Origin: Candidatus Saccharimonadota bacterium
GTDB lineage: Bacteria > Pseudomonadota > Alphaproteobacteria > CAJXXZ01 > 1604HC
NCBI RefSeq assembly: GCF_008189285.1
Contig: NZ_CP043315.1
Coordinates: 1-32,000, forward strand
Length of the DNA stretch: 32,000 bases
Reading direction: 5' to 3'
The notes under the pieces were generated by a model. The model searched no databases, had not been told where the DNA came from, and was given only the letters and a program-made list of their open reading frames with translations. Both the position numbers and the translations under genes were made by a program. Positions 1 to 7,969 of the stretch are shown piece by piece. The first letter of the stretch is position 1; every line of letters begins with the position of its first letter.

Positions 1-1449
1 ATGATAAATGCAAACATTAAACCAAATGAATATTTATCTGAATTAGATATGGAAGATGTTTTTGTTGAAGAAAGTCTTCTTTCTTTGTTTCCTGAAAATT
101 TTTGCATTAAAAACAAGTTGCTTCCTCTTGAATGTTCCAACAATGTATTGTTTGTAGTATCAGAAGAAGACAACAAAGATTTGGTCGAAGAAATTTCTTC
201 TTATGTGAAATTTGACGATATTGTTTTTAGAGTGTGCAAAGAAGGCTCGATCGTTTTTCACATCAAGAAACTTTACAGTAAATTTAATTTTTCTATAGAT
301 CGATCTCAAGCAAATGATTCTGGAGAATATGTATGCGATAAAATTATCATAGATGCTTTTACTAAAAAAGCTTCCGATATACATTTTTGCCCTGCCAAAA
401 AAAGTGTTTTTGTTAAATATAGAGTAGATGGGATTCTGAGAGAGGTTCTTGAGTTTGAAAAAGAAAAATGGGCGTCTGTTTCTGTTAGGATAAAAATTCT
501 ATCTGATTTAGATATATCTGAGACAAGAATTCCTCAAGATGGAAGTTTTTCTAAAGAGATTTCTGGAAAACAAATAGATTTTAGAGTTGCTTGTCATCCA
601 ACTATGCATGGAGAAAATATAGTTTTGAGGGTTTTGGGGAATAGCAAATCAATAAACTTAAACAATTTAAATTATTCTGGCCACATCATGGAGGATATAA
701 ATAAATTTATAGAGACCCCTGATGGATTAATCATTTTTACTGGACCTGTTGGATCTGGAAAAACCACTTCTTTGTATAGTATATTGTCTAGATTAGATCC
801 TAAATCAAACAACATTGTAACTCTTGAAGATCCAATAGAATCTTATATCCCTTTTGTTAGGCAAACAGATATAAATAAGTCTCCAAATATGAGCTTTGCT
901 TCTGGAATAAAGTCTCTTCTGAGGCAGGATCCTAATGTTATGTTGATAGGTGAGATAAGAGATTCTGATACAGCTCATATGGTCATGAGAGCGGCTATGA
1001 CAGGTCATAAGGTTTTTACAACAATGCATACCAATAATGCTTTTGGGGTTTTTGATAGACTTGTAGAGTTTGGAATAGAAAAGAGCTTGATATTTCAATA
1101 CTTAAAAGGCATTGTTTCTCAGAGATTGGTTAGAAAATTGTGTTGTTGTAAGGTTTTGGCTAAAAATAATATTCCTGACTGCATAAAATATCATTCAAAA
1201 GGAAGCAGTTTTATTTTTGAAGCAAATGGTTGCGCTAAGTGTGATTACACTGGATTTGATGGGCGTGTTGTGGTTGCAGAGAGTTTGTTTGTAGATGGAA
1301 AAAGAAAAACAGGAAACATAATGATGAAAAATAATTTATCAGATATAGTTCCTGAAGATTTCTGTGAAATATCCTTTGATGCAAGAAAAAAGATTGTGTC
1401 TGGAGAGACAACTCTTGAAGAGGTTTCCAGATCCATAGATATGTCTTGA
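1..1449 (+). CDS. Type IV filament assembly ATPase, GspE/PilB family (T2SS/T4P secretion NTPase)
   Basis: 482-aa ORF. Walker A GPVGSGKTTS, Asp-box/Walker B LRQDPNVMLIGEIRD and His-box GHKVFTTMHTN are present. The tetracysteine CCCK...CAKC is followed by TGFDGR, typical of GspE/PilB. The N-terminal ~100 aa resemble the GspE_N domain. I cannot tell T2SS from T4P by eye. Confidence 0.9.
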   Translation: MINANIKPNEYLSELDMEDVFVEESLLSLFPENFCIKNKLLPLECSNNVLFVVSEEDNKDLVEEISSYVKFDDIVFRVCKEGSIVFHIKKLYSKFNFSIDRSQANDSGEYVCDKIIIDAFTKKASDIHFCPAKKSVFVKYRVDGILREVLEFEKEKWASVSVRIKILSDLDISETRIPQDGSFSKEISGKQIDFRVACHPTMHGENIVLRVLGNSKSINLNNLNYSGHIMEDINKFIETPDGLIIFTGPVGSGKTTSLYSILSRLDPKSNNIVTLEDPIESYIPFVRQTDINKSPNMSFASGIKSLLRQDPNVMLIGEIRDSDTAHMVMRAAMTGHKVFTTMHTNNAFGVFDRLVEFGIEKSLIFQYLKGIVSQRLVRKLCCCKVLAKNNIPDCIKYHSKGSSFIFEANGCAKCDYTGFDGRVVVAESLFVDGKRKTGNIMMKNNLSDIVPEDFCEISFDARKKIVSGETTLEEVSRSIDMS

Positions 1450-1455
1450 TGTTGT

Positions 1456-2598
1456 TTGATGTTATTTAAATACTTGGCTTTGTCTAAATCTGGAGTTAGA
1501 AAATCTGGACTTCTTGAGGCAAATAGTTTCGAAGATGCAATGATGGTTATGGATCACAAAGATATGAGCGTTGTTTCTTTAAAAAGAAAAATTGTTTTCT
1601 TTGGAAATAAGTTAAGTGATTCTGATTTGTTCTTGATGTTTGATTTTTTATCCAAATTTATGCTTAATGGACTTGCTTTGGATAAATCGCTGGATATGAT
1701 TTATGAATGCTCTATACGGTCAAGTTCAATGTGTATAAATATTAAGCTTTTAATCGTAAAAGGGTTTTCTTTTTCTGAAGCTCTATTAAAAAATAAAAAA
1801 CAGTTCAATAAGAGCAACATTGGAATTTTTTCAGTAATAGATAAAGTTGGTTCTATTAATAAATTTTGTGTGTTTTTATCCCAATATTACAAAAAAATGC
1901 ATAAACATAGAAATAAGATAAAAAAGAATATGAGATATCCAATTTTATTATGTGTTTTCTTTTTGATTTCTTTTTCCGTTGTGTTGAATTTATTAATTCC
2001 AAGCATAGTAGATTTAATGCAACAAACAAATCAGGATATTCCAGCTCCTTTGTCCATTATGAATCATATTTCATCTCATTTTGGACTGTACGTACTTTCC
2101 TTTGCATCTTTGCCTTTTCTGGCGTTTATTTTTAGAGAAAGAATGAGCGATTTATTGGATATTATTCCTTTTGTTAGAAAATATAGAATGTACAGAGATT
2201 TTTCCTTTTTCTTTTATGTAAGTAGCATGCTTCTTAGTAATGAGATAAGACTAATAAATGGATTTAGAATTGCAAAAGATTGCATGTTAGTCAGAAGAAA
2301 TGCGTACATGATAGAAGAGGTGTGTAGTAGCGTAGAATCTGGAGAATCAATAAGCAATGCTTTTCAAAATGCAGGAATAGAAGAGAGGTTATGCAAGTTA
2401 ATTGATTTATACGAGAAATCTGCCAATTTACAGGATGGTTTTCATGTTATTTCAGAGATGTATGAAATGGAAATGTTTAAGATTATAGATGGGATAGGTG
2501 ATTATTTGCAGCCAGTAATTTTGTCTTTAATAACTGGGCTAATTAGTTTAATAGTATATTCAATTATGGTTCCTGTTTATAGTTCTTTCTCTGTTTGA
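1456..2598 (+). CDS. Type IV filament inner-membrane platform protein, GspF/PilC family
   Basis: 380-aa ORF lying 7 nt after the ATPase gene. The N-terminus FKYLALSKSGVRKSGLLEANSFEDAMMVMDHKDMSVVSLK matches the GspF/PilC N-terminal pattern. It has two T2SSF-like halves with hydrophobic helices. The start is TTG 1456 or ATG 1459. It ends in a double stop, TGA TGA. Confidence 0.85.
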   Translation: MMLFKYLALSKSGVRKSGLLEANSFEDAMMVMDHKDMSVVSLKRKIVFFGNKLSDSDLFLMFDFLSKFMLNGLALDKSLDMIYECSIRSSSMCINIKLLIVKGFSFSEALLKNKKQFNKSNIGIFSVIDKVGSINKFCVFLSQYYKKMHKHRNKIKKNMRYPILLCVFFLISFSVVLNLLIPSIVDLMQQTNQDIPAPLSIMNHISSHFGLYVLSFASLPFLAFIFRERMSDLLDIIPFVRKYRMYRDFSFFFYVSSMLLSNEIRLINGFRIAKDCMLVRRNAYMIEEVCSSVESGESISNAFQNAGIEERLCKLIDLYEKSANLQDGFHVISEMYEMEMFKIIDGIGDYLQPVILSLITGLISLIVYSIMVPVYSSFSV

Positions 2599-2680
2599 TG
2601 ACAGTTATCAACCATAACTGGGCTAATTAGTTTAATAATATATTCAATTATGGTTCCTGTTTATAGTTCTTTCTCTGTTT
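2530..2680. repeat. Direct duplication of the pilC-like gene tail (67 bp, copies 2530-2596 and 2614-2680, offset 84 nt)
   Basis: The sequence ataactgggctaattagtttaata[g/a]tatattcaattatggttcctgtttatagttctttctctgttt occurs twice with one mismatch (2554 g vs 2638 a). Copy 1 is the last 22 codons of the gene. Copy 2 lies downstream, in the same frame, and ends in TAG. Confidence 0.95.
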
Positions 2681-2782
2681 AGTTTTAGAGCGTCGAATAT
2701 ATAAGAAATTTATTAGGAGTAAAATTGTATTTGTTTGGGGGGGCATGATTCATTTTTGTATTGAATATGTTAAATTATTTAT

Positions 2783-3337
2783 ATGAGCAAATCTTTAGAA
2801 GATATATTAGCTTCAATTAGAAATGGCAAAAATATAACTGAGCATTCTACAGAAAAGAAATTTGATGAAGATTTTTATCTTGAGGAAAGTAAGGCTCTTA
2901 GGAGCGGTTCTGTGATTCAAGAAGATGATTCTATAAAACACATTAAACACGCTTTGGGGGAATTAAAAGAAATAGATGAAAAGTATGTTTCAATTCAGAA
3001 AACAGAGAAATTGAAAATTAAAGAAAGTGAATTAAATGATTTGATTGGCCCTATGTTTAATTCTTGGTTTAAAAATAATAAGCAAGAAATCATGAATACT
3101 CTTTCTTCTAAAATTGATATTAAGGATATTTCTCAGGATTTGATGAAGAGTATAATTTCTAGTGCAATTGAAGAGCGCATTTCTGAAGAATATATAAATA
3201 ACATCTTAATAAAGCATGTTAAGGGTTATCATTCTTATATTAAGCAAACTATAGATCATTTGATTGGGAATGTTATTCAAGATAGATTGCATGAAACTAT
3301 TGAAGATGTAATCAGAAAAATTATGAGGAATAAATGA
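2783..3337 (+). CDS. DUF2497/PopZ-like protein (alphaproteobacterial)
   Basis: The N-terminal MSKSLEDILASIRNG matches the conserved M-EEILASIRRI start of PopZ/DUF2497 proteins. It has an acidic middle and a helical C-terminal part (LNDLIGPMFNSWFKNN...). The stop overlaps the valS start (ATGA). Assignment is by motif recall only. Confidence 0.5.
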   Translation: MSKSLEDILASIRNGKNITEHSTEKKFDEDFYLEESKALRSGSVIQEDDSIKHIKHALGELKEIDEKYVSIQKTEKLKIKESELNDLIGPMFNSWFKNNKQEIMNTLSSKIDIKDISQDLMKSIISSAIEERISEEYINNILIKHVKGYHSYIKQTIDHLIGNVIQDRLHETIEDVIRKIMRNK

Positions 3338-5895
3338 GCTTTATAGAAAATATTAAAGAAATAGAGAAATGTAAATCTGCTAATTTTGATACAAAAAAGT
3401 ACGATGGGGTTGTTGTTTTGCCTCCACCAAACATAACTGGAAGATTGCATATTGGGCATGCTTTAAATGCCTTTGTACAAGACCTTAGGGTAAGGTTTGA
3501 GAAGTTGCATGGAAGAAATATATTATGGATTCCTGGCACAGATCATTCAGGAATAGCAACTCAAATATTGGTTGAGAAATCTATCGCCCCATTGACCAAA
3601 TATGATCTAGGGAGAGAAAATTTCTTAGAAAAAGTATGGGATTGGAAAGAAAAATATCAGGAGAATATATATGATCAATTAAAATCGCTTGGTCTTTTAT
3701 TAAATTGGGATTATGCAAAATTTACCATGGATGACGACATGCAAATTTCTGTATCCAAGGCATTTTGTGAGCTTTATAATAGCGGATTAATTTACAAAGC
3801 AAAAAAGATGATTAATTGGGACGTGCAATTGGAAACGGCTATTTCTGATCTAGAGGTAAAATCTGAAGAAATGAAGGGGTCGTTATATTACATTAAGTAT
3901 GATTTAGATGATGATGATTTGAAAGAGATAGTTGTTGCAACGACAAGGCCAGAAACATTGTTTGGAGATCAGGCTATTGCCGTAAATCCTAATGATGAAC
4001 GATATGAAGGAATGATAGGAAAATTTGCTAGAATTCCTTTAACAAATCGAAAAATAAAAATAATTTCAGATGAGAGATGTGAGATAAATGTTGGAACTGG
4101 AGCTGTTAAAATTACTCCTGCGCATGATTTTCTGGATTTTGAGATTGGGCAAGATCACAATTTAGATAACTGTAGCATTATTGATCAAAAAGGCATGCTT
4201 TGCAGCGATTTAGTGCCAAGTAAATATATTGGTTTGGATAGATTTATAGTTAGAAAGATGCTTGAAGATGATTTAGGAGATTATTTAGAGAAGATTGAAA
4301 ATATTAAGCATGTAATTCCAAAAGGAGATAGATCTGGAACTGTGCTAGAGCCAAGATTAACTGATCAATGGTTTATTGACACATCTGATCTTGCAAAGCA
4401 AGCTCTAGAAGCATTAAAAGATATTGAAATTTACCCTGATTACCTTGTAAATACATATAAACATTGGATGAACAATATTCAACCATGGTGCATTTCTCGA
4501 CAACTATGGTGGGGGCATAGAATTCCTGTTTGGTATTGTGAAGGCAAAGTAATCGTTGCAATCAATAAGGAAGAAGCTGAGAAAAAAGCTTTGAAAATGA
4601 AGTTAAATATAAAAGACTTAAAGCAAGATGAAGATGTGTTAGACACATGGTTTTCATCGGGGTTGTGGTCATTTACAACAATTGAAAATAATAATTTAAG
4701 TTCTGATTTTTATCCAAATGATTTTTTGGTTACTGGAAGTGATATATTATTTTTCTGGGTAGCAAGAATGATTATGTTTGGATGCTTTTTCAAGAAAAAT
4801 GTTCCTTTTAAAGAAGTTTATTTGCATGGGTTAGTTCAAGATGGATTTGGAAAGAAAATGTCTAAATCAAAAAATAATGCAATAGATCCTATGGAAGTTG
4901 TTGATAAGGAGGGCAAAGATGTCTTGAGGTTTGCTTTGCTTTATTCTTCGATTCCTGGAAAGAATGTTAAATTTGGAGATAAGAATATTGAGCATTCAAG
5001 GCATTTTTGTATAAAAATATGGAATTTGTACAAATATGCAAAACACCACCTTGGAAATGAAATGAATTCAACTTCAGATGAAATAAAAATTGATGAAAAT
5101 ATAAAAATAAATCATGCGTGGAATATTTGGATTCAAAATGAAGTTGATCACAGAATATATGATATTAATAAATGCATTAGAAGTTGGGATTTGTATCATG
5201 CTGCTAGCAAGGTGTATAAAATGGTTTGGGATGTTTTTTGTAGTTGGTATTTGGAAGGATCTAAATATTTGTTGAATTCAGAATATAAAGATGAAACAAA
5301 GTATGTATTGGCAAATTCTATTAAGAAGATATCTGTTTGTTTGCATCCATTTATTCCATTTTTAACTTCATATATTTACAAAGATTTATTTGGCAAAGAT
5401 ATATTGAATCATGAAATGTCTGAGAACTCAGTTGAATTAATTAATAACGATGAAGTAAATTTTGCAAAAAAAGCAATTGACGCAATAAGATTTATAAAAG
5501 CTGCATTTGAGATAGAGAAAAAACCTATTTTGCATGTGACAAATAATCAAGAATATAAAAATATGTATGGAATTATTAATCAGATTTCAAAATGTGAAAT
5601 TCAGCTATCTGAAAATGCATATTCAGAAGAGCATATTCCTTATCCTATTTCTGATGGATTTTTGAGCATTCCAATTAAGAATTTTAATTCTAATGAAATA
5701 AATATAAAGTTGAATAAAATGAAAGAAAATATGCAAAAAGAATATGACATGATATGCGCCAAATGCAATAATAACGAATTTATTTCAAAAGCTCCGCAAG
5801 AAGTTAGAGAAGAGATGATCAAAAGAGTAAAAATTCTAGGAGGAGATCTAAAAAAGATGGACAATTTAATTAGTATGTTGGAGAATTCATTATGA
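3334..5895 (+). CDS. valS: Valine--tRNA ligase
   Basis: 853 aa. HIGH motif PPPNITGRLHIGHALN, KMSKS motif KKMSKSKNN, ValRS-typical TTRPETLFGDQAIAVNP, and a C-terminal coiled-coil tail. Confidence 0.97.
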   Translation: MSFIENIKEIEKCKSANFDTKKYDGVVVLPPPNITGRLHIGHALNAFVQDLRVRFEKLHGRNILWIPGTDHSGIATQILVEKSIAPLTKYDLGRENFLEKVWDWKEKYQENIYDQLKSLGLLLNWDYAKFTMDDDMQISVSKAFCELYNSGLIYKAKKMINWDVQLETAISDLEVKSEEMKGSLYYIKYDLDDDDLKEIVVATTRPETLFGDQAIAVNPNDERYEGMIGKFARIPLTNRKIKIISDERCEINVGTGAVKITPAHDFLDFEIGQDHNLDNCSIIDQKGMLCSDLVPSKYIGLDRFIVRKMLEDDLGDYLEKIENIKHVIPKGDRSGTVLEPRLTDQWFIDTSDLAKQALEALKDIEIYPDYLVNTYKHWMNNIQPWCISRQLWWGHRIPVWYCEGKVIVAINKEEAEKKALKMKLNIKDLKQDEDVLDTWFSSGLWSFTTIENNNLSSDFYPNDFLVTGSDILFFWVARMIMFGCFFKKNVPFKEVYLHGLVQDGFGKKMSKSKNNAIDPMEVVDKEGKDVLRFALLYSSIPGKNVKFGDKNIEHSRHFCIKIWNLYKYAKHHLGNEMNSTSDEIKIDENIKINHAWNIWIQNEVDHRIYDINKCIRSWDLYHAASKVYKMVWDVFCSWYLEGSKYLLNSEYKDETKYVLANSIKKISVCLHPFIPFLTSYIYKDLFGKDILNHEMSENSVELINNDEVNFAKKAIDAIRFIKAAFEIEKKPILHVTNNQEYKNMYGIINQISKCEIQLSENAYSEEHIPYPISDGFLSIPIKNFNSNEINIKLNKMKENMQKEYDMICAKCNNNEFISKAPQEVREEMIKRVKILGGDLKKMDNLISMLENSL

Positions 5896-6242
5896 AAATA
5901 TTTGTCGCTGTAGTTGCATTTCTGTTGTATGGATGCGATTCAAAACATGGATTTATAATGAACAAGAGTGTTTTAGGCATTTCAGAGAATGATTTGTATT
6001 CTAAATATGGGAAGTCTGTGATTTCTCATCCAATGAATAAAAACGCCTTATTCTACTTTGAATCTTATGGGAAGAAAATGAATTGGGCTAGAATAGAAAT
6101 TAAGAATGGAAAAGTTTGTTCGTATAATTCTGGATTTTCAAACAGCAAGCCAAGGATTGCAAATCATGTGAAGCCTAATTTAGTGAAAACCAAATGGATT
6201 GATGAATTATTCAGCTATATTGGATCTGCTTCAACAGGATAA
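5892..6242 (+). CDS. Small lipoprotein, possibly BamE/SmpA-OmlA-like
   Basis: Lipobox FLLYGC at residues 10-15. The following segment NKSVLGISENDLYSKYGKSVISHP...FYFE...IEIKNGKV resembles the SmpA/OmlA fold pattern. The start overlaps the valS stop (ATGA). The functional call is tentative. Confidence 0.45.
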   Translation: MKIFVAVVAFLLYGCDSKHGFIMNKSVLGISENDLYSKYGKSVISHPMNKNALFYFESYGKKMNWARIEIKNGKVCSYNSGFSNSKPRIANHVKPNLVKTKWIDELFSYIGSASTG

Positions 6243-6413
6243 CAAGCATATCATTTAAGCTGAATAGGGCAATAAAATGCTTTTAGCCTGATAATATAAA
6301 TATTATTAATTTATTCAGCGATCCAAGTGTTTAAGTCTTTTTTGCTTCAATATTGAATTAATCTCTCTAAGTTAATTGAATTTTTCTCGATAATGTGTTT
6401 TAATGTAGATATT

Positions 6414-6539
6414 ATGAAAGTAGCAAGTTCTTTAAAAACTCTAAAACTAAGACACAAAGATTGTAAAATAGTCAAAAGAAAAGGAAGAGTTTACGTAATC
6501 AATAAAAAATATCCTAGATATAAGGCAAGACAAGGCTAA
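6414..6539 (+). CDS. rpmJ: 50S ribosomal protein L36 (long, alpha-type)
   Basis: Hand translation gives [41 protein letters not shown] (41 aa). This matches the L36 pattern MKV.SSLK...[22 protein letters not shown]. It is below the ORF-track length cut-off. Confidence 0.9.
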   Translation: MKVASSLKTLKLRHKDCKIVKRKGRVYVINKKYPRYKARQG

Positions 6540-6760
6540 TGAGCCAAAATAATTTTAAAAGTATTTTGGCTATGACTCAAAGAGCTAAGGATTTGACCAA
6601 TGGAGAAATGCCTAAGGAAAAGATCAATAGCGATAATGTTGGGTATATAGCTTATTGCGAATTCTATAAGGGAGTATTAGATGAAGACGACCTTTTTAAG
6701 CGTTTTGTTAATCAAGATAAATATGTCGAAGATGACGATGATGATGAATACAAAGCCTAG
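6539..6760 (+). CDS. Small acidic-tailed protein, possibly RNA polymerase omega subunit
   Basis: 73 aa. NNFKSILAMTQRAKDLTNGEMP...GYIAYCEFYKGVL loosely parallels the omega core NRF.LV..AA.RARQL..G..P...K....AL.EI..G. The start overlaps the rpmJ stop (TAATG). The similarity is weak and recalled from memory. Confidence 0.4.
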   Translation: MSQNNFKSILAMTQRAKDLTNGEMPKEKINSDNVGYIAYCEFYKGVLDEDDLFKRFVNQDKYVEDDDDDEYKA

Positions 6761-6808
6761 TTTTGCATTGATCTTTAATAATTTTTAATTATAAGCACTA
6801 TAATCAAT

Positions 6809-6838
6809 GATCTGTTTCAGATCTTGTAATATTTTTTT
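6809..6838 (+). terminator. Weak hairpin plus T7 run downstream of the rpmJ/omega-like pair
   Basis: gatctg-ttt-cagatc forms a 6-bp perfect stem (6809-6823). It is followed 8 nt later by ttttttt (6832-6838). The spacing is non-canonical. Confidence 0.25.
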
Positions 6839-7112
6839 GGCATATTTAATACGAATTGCTTTGCAAGATTACAAACAAATAGATGGGATCTCCATCAGAT
6901 AATTTACAAATAATTTATAAATCAATTTCATTGCAGAAAAGCCTATCAATCAATTTTATTATAGAATTTTATAAATTTTTCTAGTTTAATTTCGAGTTTT
7001 ATTGAGTTTGTTGAAGCAATTCATTGCGAAATCTTGAAGTTTTCTTGAATTCCCCTAAAAATCATTCAATATTTGCTCTTAAGAGGTATTTTTGTCATTA
7101 AAAGATATTTCA

Positions 7113-7249
7113 TTAAATTTATTCCACAAATTCTAGTTTCCTTAATTATTTATTTCAAGAATTATTCAATCTGAGAAGGTTCTGATTAATTTATTTCAAA
7201 GATTGTCTAATCTGCAAGAGTTTTGATTAAATGTGTAAGTTGCAAAAAT
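7113..7249. repeat. 137-bp dispersed direct repeat, copy 1 (contains an internal 41-bp tandem sub-repeat)
   Basis: Matches 7357-7493 at an offset of 244 nt with 3 mismatches (7206, 7208, 7233). Inside the copy, tatttcaa (7151, 7192) and aatctg (7168, 7209) recur with a 41-nt period. Confidence 0.95.
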
Positions 7250-7356
7250 CCCAATTAAGCATTTTAAATGCACGCATTAATTTATCTAAAGAATTATAGT
7301 CTTAATCAATGTGTGGGTTGTAGAAGTTATAGTTACTTGGATTTTAAAATCCTTCG

Positions 7357-7493
7357 TTAAATTTATTCCACAAATTCTAGTTTCCTTAATTATTTATTTC
7401 AAGAATTATTCAATCTGAGAAGGTTCTGATTAATTTATTTCAAAGATTGCCCAATCTGCAAGAGTTTTGATTAAATATGTAAGTTGCAAAAAT
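7357..7493. repeat. 137-bp dispersed direct repeat, copy 2
   Basis: ttaaatttattccacaaattctagtttccttaattatttatttcaagaattattcaatctgagaaggttctgattaatttatttcaaagattg... is repeated from 7113-7249. Weaker similarity continues for about 20 nt past the 3' edge. Confidence 0.95.
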
Positions 7494-7969
7494 TCTCATT
7501 AAATTTTAAAAGGCTATTATCAATATATAATTTGCAGAAATTCCAATTAAGTTTTCAAAAGTTTTGATCAGCATGTAATCAAGAGATATCATTGTGCTAT
7601 TTTATGAGAATTATAAGCAATGTAAGTTGCTTTCTTAGTAATAAACACAATCTATAGATGAATTAAGACAAACCATTTATAGACTCTTAATCTAGTTAGG
7701 AAAATCACAACTAGATCATTGTAAATTTCAAATTAATGAATTGTAGATTTTCAATTTTCAAATCATTTTAAAGTAACGCATAATCTCGAAAGTTATTATT
7801 AAGATCTATCTTGCAAATTAACATATAAATTTGTAAAAATTAGGATCATTTTAGAGATATTTTTTCTCAATTTGTTAGCATTCTAAATATCATTAGCTTT
7901 CCTGTCTATATTATTAGATGTTGAAAAGTTGTAAAATTGCTGATAATTAGTTATTTGAAAGGCAGTTTT

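Noticed and set aside
160-1436. Antisense ORFs inside the ATPase gene (160..384, 805..1098, 1245..1436). The same class occurs elsewhere: 1950..2135, 3277..3539, 4373..4561, 5640..5864, 8752..9072, 9506..10015, 10044..10319, 13718..13903, 15258..15563, 16884..17200, 21792..21977, 23870..24262, 26322..26504, 28944..29156 and 30686..30952
   Set aside because: All lie within or opposite strongly supported conserved genes. They have low-complexity F/I/K/N/S-rich translations and no motifs. They are typical shadow ORFs.
6761-7969. Chromosomal replication origin, suggested by a long AT-rich spacer with DnaA-box-like tattccaca in each 137-bp repeat
   Set aside because: Gene orientation does not switch across the spacer, since both flanks are on the + strand. 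None of the usual alphaproteobacterial ori neighbours (hemE, dnaA, maf/tlyC-type context) is present. I found no TTAA-N7-TTAA CtrA sites, and the box has a mismatch. It cannot be excluded without whole-genome GC skew.
6761-7969. Structured housekeeping RNA (tmRNA, RNase P RNA, SRP RNA, 6S) hidden in the ORF-free spacer
   Set aside because: There are no GC-rich helices. I found no GGTTCGA-type T-loop, no AGGAAAGTCC-like RNase P core and no SRP GGAA/AGCA domain motif. The region is uniformly AT-rich and repeat-built.
7937-7969. TTG 7937 as the mutS start (ORF-track N-terminus MLIISYLKGSF)
   Set aside because: The MutS family begins at the TP[LM].[KR]QY motif, which directly follows ATG 7970. 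The extension has no homology and would begin in the spacer.
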